Source of the DNA: a bacterium
GTDB lineage: Bacteria > CLD3 > SB21
Assembly: GCA_013360215.1 (NCBI GenBank)
Contig: JABWCP010000008.1
Span: forward strand, 62,001 to 126,000
Direction: 5' to 3'
Length of the DNA: 64,000 bases
Translations under genes and position numbers: made by a program
The notes under the pieces: generated by a model
The model's database searches: none
What the model was told of the DNA's origin: nothing
Seen by the model: only the letters and a program-made list of their open reading frames with translations
Shown here: one piece after another, positions 39,171-49,258 of the stretch
Layout of the letters: the number at the start of each line of letters is the position of its first letter
How positions within the stretch are numbered: the stretch's first letter is position 1

Positions 39171-39881
39171 ATGAAACAACGTCTTTTTTTCGGTATGATG
39201 CTTTTGGCAACTTGGTATAATACGGCATTTGCGCAGTCCGGTAATCCCGTGTACGGTGCATCGTTTTATCGCCTATGGACGAGCAGTGACAAAATCAGTG
39301 AATACGCATACGCCTTGCGCGTGGAATCATCGAAATACGGTTATGGAGTTTTTCATTGGGGAACGCGATCCAAAGATCCTAATGAATCTTATAAAGGCCC
39401 ATCCTCTGATCCGTTCGATGCGGCCCACATGACCGGATGGTTTTTAAGACCCAATATTTGGCCATTCGGCGCACGAAAGATACCCGTTTATGCGCATTTG
39501 GGTTATACGTCACGAAACTATAATTCGGATGTGATTGATGAAGGGTTGAATGGCGATTTGTCCTCGCATGATTGGTCTTTCGGATTATTTACCAAAAATG
39601 AATATCAGATAAAGCAGCGCGTGGATTTGGCTCCTGAGTTTGGCGTGTATCACATCACACGAACCGCCAAACCTTACGGTGATTTGTCAGCAGGAGACAG
39701 CCGGGGTTGGGTCTATGAAGCGAATTTAAGAATCGGCGTTCGTCTTATAAGCGGGCTTAGCCTGATCACTGATCTTGGTTGGTCGGACGAATTCGCTACA
39801 AACGGAAAACACAGTTGGCTTCAGGGCGAATATCCGGGTAAAATCAATGCCGGTGCCGGTATCGCCTACTATATCCGGTAA
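39171..39881 (+). CDS. Secreted hypothetical protein, possible outer-membrane beta-barrel
   Basis: Signal peptide ending AFA, amphipathic strands and a terminal AGIAYY. Confidence 0.6.
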   Translation: MKQRLFFGMMLLATWYNTAFAQSGNPVYGASFYRLWTSSDKISEYAYALRVESSKYGYGVFHWGTRSKDPNESYKGPSSDPFDAAHMTGWFLRPNIWPFGARKIPVYAHLGYTSRNYNSDVIDEGLNGDLSSHDWSFGLFTKNEYQIKQRVDLAPEFGVYHITRTAKPYGDLSAGDSRGWVYEANLRIGVRLISGLSLITDLGWSDEFATNGKHSWLQGEYPGKINAGAGIAYYIR

Positions 39882-40052
39882 ACCGCAATAGTTGACTTTG
39901 AAAAACCATCGCATAAGTCTCGTATAGATACGAAAGCTCATGAGATGGTTTTTATTTTATACCGATGAAATATTCATTGCCCGATTGCGTTTAAGCCATT
40001 ATATTGCCGCGCAATTTTTGATAACTTTTGAAAATAAAATAAGTAAAAACCG

Positions 40053-40439
40053 ATGGTCCGTACGATATTTCGCGCTAAAATTCACCGTGCCCGTGTCACT
40101 CAACTTGATCTCAACTATCACGGGAGTATCACTATTGATCAGGATTTGCTGGATCTCGTAGATATTTGGCATAATGAAAAAGTGCAGATCGTTAATGCCA
40201 ATAACGGCGCCCGTTTGGAAACGTATGTGATCGCCGGAAAACGCGGAAGCCGCGTTATCGGTCTCAACGGGCCGGCCGCTCGTTTAGCCATGCCCGGTGA
40301 CGTGATTTCCATCATAGCTTATGGCGCGGCGGAAGAATCCGAAGCACGGACTTTTCATCCTAAAGTAGTGCTTCTAAATCAAAATAATGAAGTCGTCGAA
40401 TCGCATACAATCCCCTCGCACGATGATGTAAACCGTTAA
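40053..40439 (+). CDS. panD: Aspartate 1-decarboxylase
   Basis: [16 protein letters not shown] self-cleavage site, RLETYVI and NGPAAR. Confidence 0.95.
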   Translation: MVRTIFRAKIHRARVTQLDLNYHGSITIDQDLLDLVDIWHNEKVQIVNANNGARLETYVIAGKRGSRVIGLNGPAARLAMPGDVISIIAYGAAEESEARTFHPKVVLLNQNNEVVESHTIPSHDDVNR

Positions 40440-40489
40440 AACGCGGTATCCCGACCTTGTTTTTTCATATATAGTGACGTCACACGCGC

Positions 40490-41767
40490 ATGCAGGACAT
40501 CCGAACCACCCTTACGTATCTGTACGACCTCCAGTTTTTCGGTATAAAGTTCGGCCTCGAAAATACCCGCGCTCTTTTGCAGTTTGTCGGCAATCCTCAT
40601 AAAAAATTCCCTGTCATTCATGTGGCCGGCACCAACGGAAAAGGTTCCGTCTGTGCGATGCTGGCTTCCATATTTGAAGCCGCCGGTTTACGTTGCGGGT
40701 TATACACGTCACCGCATATCGTTCATTTTTCAGAACGCATCCGCATCAATAATATTGAAATCTCTGAAAATGATATCGTTCGTTTGACGCGTCTTTTACA
40801 ACCGGAAATTGATCGTTTGCAATGTACGTTTTTTGAAGCGACGACCGTGATGGCCTTTCAGTATTTTGAAGAGCAGCATGTGGATATCGCCGTCATCGAA
40901 ACAGGCCTTGGCGGACGCCTTGATGCAACCAACGTCGTCGAACCCGAAGTATCCGTCATCACTACGATTGATTTTGATCACATGGCTTACCTCGGTGATA
41001 CGTTGGAAAAAATCGCCTCCGAAAAAGCCGGAATAATCAAACCGGACAAACCCGTCATCGTAGGCAACGTACTGCCCGAAGCATTCTCCGTGATGCAAAA
41101 AAAAGCGCACGAAAACCGATCGCCGCTATATGTGCTGGGTACACATATAACAATTCAAAATTCTGAAGTCGGTATTGATGGCGGATGCATGGACGCGCAG
41201 TGGCGATTTTCCGATAGTCAGGGCACGATCACAAAAATCAATATACCTTTGATCGGTGAACATCAGTTGGACAATGCCGCATTGGCCGTGGCCGCCGCAC
41301 GATTACAAACCCGTTTTTCCGTTTCGGATGACGATATCCGTAAAGGAATACGCGCGGTGATCTGGAAAGGCCGTTGTTTTATAAAACGCAAACGGCCGTG
41401 GGTTATCGTTGACGCGGCGCATAATCCGGCAGGTATGCGTTCACTGGCCCGGTCTATAGCTTTACTGCATAAAGAAATTACCGGTCAGAAAATACTGATG
41501 ATCGGAATGCTTTCCGACAAAGACAGCCGAAACGCTTTGCATGAAATCGTACCGCTGTTTGATCGGGTGGTCGCAGTGACACCGCCCAACCCCCGCGCTC
41601 TACCGGCCGATGCACTCGCCGCGTTGATTCATCAAACAGGAAAACCGGTGGAAGTGATCCCCGATACGGTGTCGGCCTACGATACCACACTACAAAAACT
41701 AAAAGCCGATGACCTTTTGGTGGTCACCGGCTCATTCTACGTCTTACAGGATATTCTTTTACGCTGA
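40490..41767 (+). CDS. folC: Folylpolyglutamate/dihydrofolate synthase
   Basis: HVAGTNGKGS, YTSPH, ETGLGGRLDATN and DAAHN. Confidence 0.95.
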   Translation: MQDIRTTLTYLYDLQFFGIKFGLENTRALLQFVGNPHKKFPVIHVAGTNGKGSVCAMLASIFEAAGLRCGLYTSPHIVHFSERIRINNIEISENDIVRLTRLLQPEIDRLQCTFFEATTVMAFQYFEEQHVDIAVIETGLGGRLDATNVVEPEVSVITTIDFDHMAYLGDTLEKIASEKAGIIKPDKPVIVGNVLPEAFSVMQKKAHENRSPLYVLGTHITIQNSEVGIDGGCMDAQWRFSDSQGTITKINIPLIGEHQLDNAALAVAAARLQTRFSVSDDDIRKGIRAVIWKGRCFIKRKRPWVIVDAAHNPAGMRSLARSIALLHKEITGQKILMIGMLSDKDSRNALHEIVPLFDRVVAVTPPNPRALPADALAALIHQTGKPVEVIPDTVSAYDTTLQKLKADDLLVVTGSFYVLQDILLR

Positions 41768-42118
41768 TCCGTTTTTTCGGTGAGGACATGCCGACGTATT
41801 AAGACAGCTGTCCGGCAAAATCCGGTCGGACGCGTGGTTGCCTTCGGCCATAGCACGAACGATATTTTCCACATCGCCGTCCTTTACAAAACCATACCAC
41901 ACATTATCGGGATAAATCACGACGTTAGGGCCGTGTTCGCATTGATCCAGACAGCCGGCTTTATTGGCGCGCACTTTTCCTTTGAGGTCGTATTTTTTCA
42001 GCGCCTCATTAAAAAGTTTTTGCAGATTGTTCGTTCCGCCGGTATTACAACTTCCGCGCGGATGTCCGTCTTCCCGCGTGTTGGTACAAATAAAAATATG
42101 ATGTTCAAATTTAGCCAT
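41759..42118 (-). CDS. Thioredoxin-like [2Fe-2S] ferredoxin
   Basis: HIFICTN...SC...AGCLDQCEHGPNVVIYP. Confidence 0.9.
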   Translation of the reverse strand: MAKFEHHIFICTNTREDGHPRGSCNTGGTNNLQKLFNEALKKYDLKGKVRANKAGCLDQCEHGPNVVIYPDNVWYGFVKDGDVENIVRAMAEGNHASDRILPDSCLNTSACPHRKNGSA

Positions 42119-42134
42119 GTCGTATTCTCTCCTC

Positions 42135-42770
42135 TCAGATTTTGCTGAGACCGGTTACGGTTTTTGAAATCATGCCATACGCTTTGGCTTCGTCGGCGGT
42201 AAACCAGTAATCGCGATTGGTATCCTGCGCAACTTTTTCGACGGGTTGCCCGGTTTCACGCGCTAAAATTTCGTTGAGCTCTTGTTTGAGGCGAACGATT
42301 TGCTGCGTACTGATTTCAATGTCTTTGGTGGAACCGCGCACACCGCCGAGCGGTTGGTGAATCATGATGCGGGAATGCGGCAAGGCCAAACGGTTTTCTT
42401 TTTTGGCCGCAACAAGGATGATCGCGGCTGCACTGGCAGCCAATCCGCAGACGATGGTTTTGACCGGTGCGTCAATCAATTTGATCAAATCATAAATAGC
42501 CAAACCGTCATCCGCTACGCCGCCGGGCGAATTGATGAAAATTTTGATTTCTTTTTTGGGATCCTGTTCGTTGAGAAACAAAAGCTGCGTGATCACACGG
42601 CGCGTGACTTTGGGACTGATCTGTTCAAAAAGCAAAATCGTACGCGATTGCAGAAAAAATTCCGCCATCTTTTTTCCGAGCGGATCTTCTTTTTGCGGCT
42701 CTTCGGTTTCTTTTTCTTCTTCCTCTTCGTCTAAACGTTCGATGAGATCGTACATCGTCATAGAATGCAT
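42135..42770 (-). CDS. clpP: ClpP protease proteolytic subunit
   Basis: INSPGG, GLAASAA (Ser), MIHQP (His) and RDYW (Asp); ATG at 42770 follows AGGAG. Confidence 0.93.
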   Translation of the reverse strand: MHSMTMYDLIERLDEEEEEKETEEPQKEDPLGKKMAEFFLQSRTILLFEQISPKVTRRVITQLLFLNEQDPKKEIKIFINSPGGVADDGLAIYDLIKLIDAPVKTIVCGLAASAAAIILVAAKKENRLALPHSRIMIHQPLGGVRGSTKDIEISTQQIVRLKQELNEILARETGQPVEKVAQDTNRDYWFTADEAKAYGMISKTVTGLSKI

Positions 42771-42786
42771 ATATACTCCTATTGGA

Positions 42787-43491
42787 TTATTTTTTGATGA
42801 GTGTTGCAAAATCGCGCACGGCCTGATCGAGGCCCACAAACAGCGCCCGCGCAAAAACAGAGTGACCGATATTGATTTCTTCGATTTCTTCGATGTCCAG
42901 AAGCTCGCGGATATTATTGTGATTGATGTGACCTGAAAGCGTAACCGATAGCGTCAGTTTTTTGGCGGCCATCGCCATCGCTTTCATGTTTTCGAGTTCC
43001 TGCTCCATCAGCGTCAGACTCGCAGCGCCCGTGTATTTATCGGTATTGAGCTCGACGTAGTCGCAACCCATGCGGGCCGCCGTGCGCAATTGATTGGCAT
43101 CGGTATCTACGAGCATGTTTACAACGATACCGTTCGTTCTCAGAAAACTTACGATCGGAGCCAATAGGGCTTCTTTTTCAACGGCATTGACACTGCGGAT
43201 GGAGGTACTGTCACGGTCAATCATGGTCACCATCTCCGCTTTGGCCTGAATAGCGGCCTGCGCGTTTTCCATGGTCGGTACCAAACGCAGGTTAAAATGC
43301 GAATGGATGGTTTCTTTGAGCATGCGCAGATCGCGCTCTTCTGCCGCGCCCGCCTGCATCATGGTATATACGATACTATCCACGCCGGCCATTTCCAGCA
43401 TGGATATTACATGCAATGGATCGGGCGTTTTGCCGCCGCCCATCTGACGAATGGCTACTACGGCATCCAGCAATATTCCAAGTCGTTTCAC
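42787..43491 (-). CDS. pdxJ: PdxJ (pyridoxine 5'-phosphate synthase) homologue with a degenerate active site
   Basis: PDP...AGVD, VELNT and EEINIGHS...ARALFVGL are retained; the N-terminal catalytic motifs are lost. Confidence 0.75.
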   Translation of the reverse strand: MKRLGILLDAVVAIRQMGGGKTPDPLHVISMLEMAGVDSIVYTMMQAGAAEERDLRMLKETIHSHFNLRLVPTMENAQAAIQAKAEMVTMIDRDSTSIRSVNAVEKEALLAPIVSFLRTNGIVVNMLVDTDANQLRTAARMGCDYVELNTDKYTGAASLTLMEQELENMKAMAMAAKKLTLSVTLSGHINHNNIRELLDIEEIEEINIGHSVFARALFVGLDQAVRDFATLIKK

Positions 43492-43704
43492 GCTGTCATT
43501 CTCCGAAAAATTCGATAATTACCGCTAAAGATTGATAAATCCTGCGTTAATTTCAACGCAAATTGCATACGGAACGCTTTTGTTTTTTAGAGAGAACCTC
43601 TATATTGATTTACGCAGCGCGGCTTATTAACTATAAATGCACTGCAACCGAAACCCTACTTCACCGTATTATGTTTTAATTCGTATGCTAATGGAGAATA
43701 TTTG

Positions 43705-44955
43705 ATGATTTCGTTTAACGGAATATTGATCATTTTAGCCGTCATCCTCGTTTTGTGGTTGATTGATAAGTATGTCGCATCCGGTTTGCGTGCACTTGTT
43801 AGGGATTGGAAAAAATCGCACATCATCATCCGCAGCTTTTGGGTGGCCAATGTGCTTATGTACGTCCTTGTGACGACCGGCATGTTGTTTTTTATGCTTC
43901 GCTTGGGGCCCATGCCGCTGCGTGCGACGATCATGGGATTATTTGTCGCCTTGCTCGTGCCAAAGCTTGTATTGGTGGCGCTGCTGCTGGCTGAAGATGC
44001 GACGCGTTGGTTACGTAAAGCTTGGTCTGTCGTCCGGCGCACAAAAACTAAGGAAGAAACTTTTTTGCCTTCGCGGCGCAAATTTATCGCGCAGATCGGA
44101 TTTGGTCTGGCCGCGATACCTTTTGGTTCGATTCTCTACGGTATTACCCGAGGAAAATATGATTTTACCGTGCACCGCACCGATGTTTTTATCAAAGATC
44201 TTCCTTCGGTTTTTGACGGTTTTACGATCACCCAGCTTTCCGATATTCACGCCGGCAGTTTTGACGATGCCGATGCCGTCAAACGCGGCGTTGATCTGGC
44301 CAATGCGCAACGCTCGGATTTGCTGGTATTTACCGGTGACATGGTCAATAACCGTGCGGAAGAACTTACGCCGTGGCTGAATATTTTTAAAACATTGAAT
44401 GCGGATTACGGGAAATACGCCACGCTGGGCAATCACGATTACGGAGATTATGTATTCTGGCCTTCGCCGGAAGCTAAAGCCGAAAACCTTGCGTGGCTCC
44501 AATCTATGCATGCCGAGATGGAATTTACGATGCTCAATAATGCCCACACGGCAATTTCCAAAAACGATGCGCACCTCGCTTTAGTCGGCGTAGAAAACTG
44601 GGGTCTGCCGCCGTGGCCGCAAAAAGGCGATCTGAAAAAAGCGCTGGAGGGTATAGAACCGGCGGCGCCAAAGATATTGCTCTCGCACGATCCTACGCAT
44701 TTTGAAGGAGAAGTTTTGCAACACGCATCGCGTATTGATCTGACGCTATCCGGTCACACGCACGGTATGCAGTTCGGTGTGGAAATTCCCGGATTCCGAT
44801 GGAGTCCGGTGCAGTATCGCTACCCGCGATGGGCCGGATTATACACTGAAAACGGGCGTGCATTGTATGTCAATCGCGGATTCGGATTTATCGGCCTGCC
44901 CGGACGCGTAGGCATCTGGCCGGAGATCACGGTGATCACACTGCGTTGCGGGTAA
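43705..44955 (+). CDS. Membrane-anchored metallophosphoesterase (YkuE-like)
   Basis: SDIH, TGDMVN, GNHD, LSHDP and SGHTHG. Confidence 0.9.
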   Translation: MISFNGILIILAVILVLWLIDKYVASGLRALVRDWKKSHIIIRSFWVANVLMYVLVTTGMLFFMLRLGPMPLRATIMGLFVALLVPKLVLVALLLAEDATRWLRKAWSVVRRTKTKEETFLPSRRKFIAQIGFGLAAIPFGSILYGITRGKYDFTVHRTDVFIKDLPSVFDGFTITQLSDIHAGSFDDADAVKRGVDLANAQRSDLLVFTGDMVNNRAEELTPWLNIFKTLNADYGKYATLGNHDYGDYVFWPSPEAKAENLAWLQSMHAEMEFTMLNNAHTAISKNDAHLALVGVENWGLPPWPQKGDLKKALEGIEPAAPKILLSHDPTHFEGEVLQHASRIDLTLSGHTHGMQFGVEIPGFRWSPVQYRYPRWAGLYTENGRALYVNRGFGFIGLPGRVGIWPEITVITLRCG

Positions 44956-45042
44956 TTGTGGGATAAAGGATATGGTGTTTTGCAATACCCATATTTACTA
45001 GATGAATTTGTTCCGATAAAATTAATCCCCAACTATCTTCAT

Positions 45043-45321
45043 TTATTTCAAATTTCTTTCTTTCAATAATCTTTCTAAAATTTTTGATCTGATGTTTTTC
45101 GGATCGTTAACCAACTTATAGATGAAGTATACAGGGATCAGAGTAAAAAACCCCCAGGCGTTTTTTGCAGCGCTATAAATAATAATTCCCGCGATAAACC
45201 CGACAAACAAAGCGTTATTAATGGAAAAGGATTTCATTTTTTTCGCTTCAACCAACAACTCCTGATCTGTTAGCTGAGATAGCTCTTTTTCGGCCGATTC
45301 CGACATTTTTTTTTGTTTCAT
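45043..45321 (-). CDS. Small hypothetical membrane protein
   Basis: Two TM segments; LTDQELL start and LKERNLK end. Confidence 0.7.
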   Translation of the reverse strand: MKQKKMSESAEKELSQLTDQELLVEAKKMKSFSINNALFVGFIAGIIIYSAAKNAWGFFTLIPVYFIYKLVNDPKNIRSKILERLLKERNLK

Positions 45322-45475
45322 TTTTCTTAATATTTGATGGTTTAGTGTTCAATGCGTTTGTTTATAGATATGCTTTTACAATTAAAAAATATCAAAACAC
45401 TACAAAGCGTTCAACTTCTTTGGAATTTGATTTTAAATTATAAAATAAACTTTCGAACTTTTAATCGAAAAAACC

Positions 45476-45555
45476 AATCTCGCAGAGACGCAAAGCTAAA
45501 TACAAATCAGAATTCTTAGCGGCTTTGCGAGAGTATTCGGTTTGTATTGCGCGAC
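45476..45555 (+). repeat. 80-bp direct repeat, copy A, containing the REP-like hairpin
   Basis: Identical to 49259-49338; arms CTCGCAGAGACGCAAAG and CTTAGCGGCTTTGCGAG. Confidence 0.95.
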
Positions 45556-45756
45556 GCTTCGCAATCTTAGTCGCTCATACGTCTATTGAGAGGCCAAGGT
45601 GATGTTGTTGTGTTGCGGGTAATAGGAGCTTTGAAATGAAATCTGCTTGTATGCTTTAACTTCTACTTGTTTCAAATATTAAGTTTCGACGGCTAATTGA
45701 ACGATATTTTTTTCTCTATTACAGACTATTTAAATCAACGAAGATTGTAAAAGCTC

Positions 45757-45785
45757 TTGACTTTCAAAATGAAATCGAATATGAT
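45757..45785 (+). promoter_or_regulatory. Sigma70-type promoter for the surface-protein cassette
   Basis: TTGACT-17 nt-TATGAT, about 80 nt upstream of the ATG at 45865. Confidence 0.65.
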
Positions 45786-45864
45786 GATCCATTGTTGTTT
45801 TCTAAAAAAACTCTAAGTATTACTAAGTCTCTCGGCAGTCAGATATTAACTAATGAGGTAATCT

Positions 45865-47158
45865 ATGAATCAGCATCGTAAAATGTGGGGGGGGGGTAGC
45901 GCTTATTCTTGGGTTGTTTTTCACTTCCTGCGAAAAATCCAATCAAACTGCATCTGAAGTGAAATCCGACAAAGGAAATCTCTCCCGGCAGGACGCGCAT
46001 CTCTATCTTGAAAATTTATCCAAACAAATTGCTCTGAATGGCAATGCCGGCTCTCTATCTAAGTCTTTGTCCGTAACGGGAACGCCCTTTCTCGCCAAAA
46101 TAGCAAAACAAGGCCATGTGGCTATTGATGAAGTGACCGACGTTTCTTCAATTATTACAGTAGAAAATCAGTTACACGAAATTCGAATGGAAGTATTCAA
46201 TCCGCAAAAGGCGGAAGCTATGTCCAAAAGCGCGGCGGTAGCTTCCGGAGATTTATATGGCGTTTATGCGGATCCGATTGATTACTACGACGGCTCCTCT
46301 GATCATGTCAACTTCCCTGTTCAGATCGTATCTGTCAATAACGGAGAGTATTCAAGCCGCGAAGAAATATGGACTGCACCTTATTCCGCTGATATTGATC
46401 AAATTGATGACGAATTTAATCAATATATCAGCTCTCTACGCGAGAATACGCCGTATCCTTTGTACGCATTGACAATAGAAAATATCGAAGAAGACCCACA
46501 AGACGGAAATTTAAATAAAAGCGCGGCGGCCGGCCCGTATCTTGGATTTGAAGGAGTATATCTTAAAGTCGAACGGGATGGGTTGACGAATGAAGAGTTC
46601 GAATTGTGGTGGACTGAGCCGGCCGTATCAAACCTCATCCACAAACGCGATATGTTCAACGGTCATCATCACACGGATGAAAGCGGGGCCAATGTTTATT
46701 TTCCGGATGTCAATCACAAAGGAAACTGGGAACAACTCGGCGATGAGTTTACTACTCCGATCCGACTGATCAGCCTAGCCGACGGCATTGTCAAAGCTTT
46801 AACTCCGTGGGAAGATGATGCGACCGCAGGTAGCATGAAACGTTTTAATGATCATCCTGAACTCTATAACCCGGTAATTGATGGTGTACAAACCGGCGCA
46901 TGGGCTGATATCAAGAAATATGATGATGCGTTTAATTGCGAAACCAATATAGTAGATGACAATGTCGGATTACACTATCTGCTTGATGGTTTTACCGGAG
47001 CAGACGAAGACGATCCGTATTCCGAAGGCGCTGTATATCGTATCTCTGCTGTGAGTATATTTAACCGGGCACCCAATGGGGTAAGATTTGAAACAAATCA
47101 AGCTTTGAATCACGATCTTGATGATATCAACTATCGTTTCAATTACTATTCGAACTAA
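45865..47158 (+). CDS. Acidic lipoprotein of unknown function, frameshifted at a G10 tract in its signal peptide
   Basis: GAGGT RBS then ATG at 45865. With G9 the frame reads MNQHRKMWGGVALILGLFFTSC and continues into ORF 45914-47158; with G10 it stops at 45957. Confidence 0.8.
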
Positions 47159-47223
47159 TAATTTATAATTTTGAATCAATCGGTTGCCGAGAGACTGATT
47201 TATTTAAAATTAACGGGACATGT

Positions 47224-48156
47224 ATGAAAAAATTAATCATTTGTTTGTTTTTCCCTTTGGCGATGTCCTGCCAATCGTGTTATAAAGAATATAATACAGA
47301 CTCCCGCCTTCAGGAAGAAAGGGATATCGTATTGAGCGTTTTAGCTCCGGACACGTCTAATGGGTTCATTCGGGAAAATGCCATCGAAGTTTTTGTGGGT
47401 AAGATCGTACCTACGGATATTCATAATAAATATTCCGTGTATGGTATGCAGGATTCGCTATTAAAAGAATTGATGATCAATACCCGGCAGTTTTACATCG
47501 CTTATTACAAATACGATCCCAACGCCATCGTCTCCATTGAAGGTAATGGTCAGAATGTTATTTTGGAATATACGGATCGTGGAATATACAGAGATATAAA
47601 TCGTAGCCTCAAAATCAAACCCTCCGCTCGGTACAAATTAAAAGTAAAAAAAAAGGATGGTCGAGTTTTCACGTCTGAAACAGTAATTCTGAATACTTTA
47701 TCAATTCAAAATGACTTTTCAGATACTGTATTGATCAAACCTTATCGAGAAGCCGGTTTGTTTTATGCAGATACAGTATTACTTAAATCAAGTACTTTGC
47801 TTAATGCAATTTATTATGTGTTTCAAGAGAAATCTAGTAATATTTCATTTTCGGTAAGCACTTATACATTCCAAAACAATGCTTATGACGCTGTAATATT
47901 CACTAAGAGTGAATTTGATACGACCCGAATAGACTTTGTTACAGTAAATTATGAATTCCGCGCCATAGATAGCGCATACGGCATGTTTCACCAGCCTCAC
48001 GGGCATAGTATGACAGCCGAATTTGGCGATTGGGATATTACCCTTTACGATATCCCCATCGAAAAACGCTCTAATATCAAAGGAAAAAATGTTGTCGGCG
48101 TATTTGGTAATTATTCCGCCGATCGAAAAAAAGTAACTTATAAAGCAGATTGGTGA
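47224..48156 (+). CDS. Lipoprotein, DUF4249-like
   Basis: LAMSC lipobox, YKLKV...FTSET and the C-terminal SNIKG..VGVFG. Confidence 0.6.
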   Translation: MKKLIICLFFPLAMSCQSCYKEYNTDSRLQEERDIVLSVLAPDTSNGFIRENAIEVFVGKIVPTDIHNKYSVYGMQDSLLKELMINTRQFYIAYYKYDPNAIVSIEGNGQNVILEYTDRGIYRDINRSLKIKPSARYKLKVKKKDGRVFTSETVILNTLSIQNDFSDTVLIKPYREAGLFYADTVLLKSSTLLNAIYYVFQEKSSNISFSVSTYTFQNNAYDAVIFTKSEFDTTRIDFVTVNYEFRAIDSAYGMFHQPHGHSMTAEFGDWDITLYDIPIEKRSNIKGKNVVGVFGNYSADRKKVTYKADW

Positions 48157-48160
48157 TTTT

Positions 48161-48691
48161 ATGAAAAAACTTATCCTTGTCTTACTTTTCAGTAGTATTT
48201 CATTGCAAGCGGTTGCTCAAGAAAATAACCGGGAACGTCCAAATATTATAATCGGAGCGGACGTTTCACCCTTAAGCCGTGGTTCCGGCACGGAAGATCA
48301 TTTTTTCATAGCCGGTAATTATCCTATTAACCAAAAAATCCATGTCGGTCTGAGTTATGGTTTTCTCGCGAAAGATGCGGTTTCGATCAATCACGAAAGA
48401 CTCCACCAAATCGGCAGTACCCTATGTTATCGTCTTGGACAATCGGGAAGTTTCCGGTTTTTTGCTAAGACGGATCTCAGTTTTTTTTATAAACCTGATG
48501 CCCAAAAGCTAATAGATAAGAGTTTCTTCAGGCATACCGTGGGTGGAGGAGTATGGACTCGACTGACGAACCGTTTTTTTCTGAATACAGAAATAAATAT
48601 TGGTGGTTTTTTCTATGGTCGCAATGAAGCCGTCAAATATCAATTTTATAATGCCGCTGACATAAAAGCAGGTATAGGGTTTCAGTTATGA
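48161..48691 (+). CDS. Small outer-membrane beta-barrel-like protein
   Basis: Signal peptide, amphipathic strands and C-terminal KAGIGFQL. Confidence 0.7.
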   Translation: MKKLILVLLFSSISLQAVAQENNRERPNIIIGADVSPLSRGSGTEDHFFIAGNYPINQKIHVGLSYGFLAKDAVSINHERLHQIGSTLCYRLGQSGSFRFFAKTDLSFFYKPDAQKLIDKSFFRHTVGGGVWTRLTNRFFLNTEINIGGFFYGRNEAVKYQFYNAADIKAGIGFQL

Positions 48692-49197
48692 AAAAAATTA
48701 TATTTTTTCTTCTACTATCCTATGCCGCATCAGCATTTTCGCAGGATTTGGGATGGCAGAGAGTTCGTTTGATCTGCGGCTCTGCGTGGTCATTTACATC
48801 CGGTGACGAATATTTATATACGACTATTCAAATTCCTGTTACAAAAAAAATATTTGTCGGGCTTTGTGGAGGATATCGGCCTCAAGATGTAAAAACCGTC
48901 CATGCGGATTTTACTGTGGGTTACGACTTGGTTACATCAGGACCCAACCGGTTATTTTTTAAAACAGATGGTTCTTTTTTCGTACGGGAAGGCAGTTTTA
49001 TTTTTGACGGACGTTTTTTTCGTCAAACAATAGGATTAGGCTACACATCGTTCATTCTTAAAAAAGTAGTTATAACGACAGAAGTAGCCTTTTTGGGATT
49101 CTACTATGGCAGTCGGAAGGATCCGCCACCGAGCAAAAGACATCCCTCAGTTTTTGGCGCCGGTGAGTTAAAAATAGGCATAGGTTATAAGTTTTAA
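48688..49197 (+). CDS. Small outer-membrane beta-barrel-like protein, paralogue of the upstream gene
   Basis: Shares FxKTDxSFF, FFRxTxG, TE...GF.YG and KIGIGYKF with 48161-48691. Confidence 0.72.
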   Translation: MKKIIFFLLLSYAASAFSQDLGWQRVRLICGSAWSFTSGDEYLYTTIQIPVTKKIFVGLCGGYRPQDVKTVHADFTVGYDLVTSGPNRLFFKTDGSFFVREGSFIFDGRFFRQTIGLGYTSFILKKVVITTEVAFLGFYYGSRKDPPPSKRHPSVFGAGELKIGIGYKF

Positions 49198-49258
49198 TTC
49201 ATTTTGTTTTAGAGTTATTTTCCATGCCATTTATCAATACGCTTTACAAAGCGTACGT

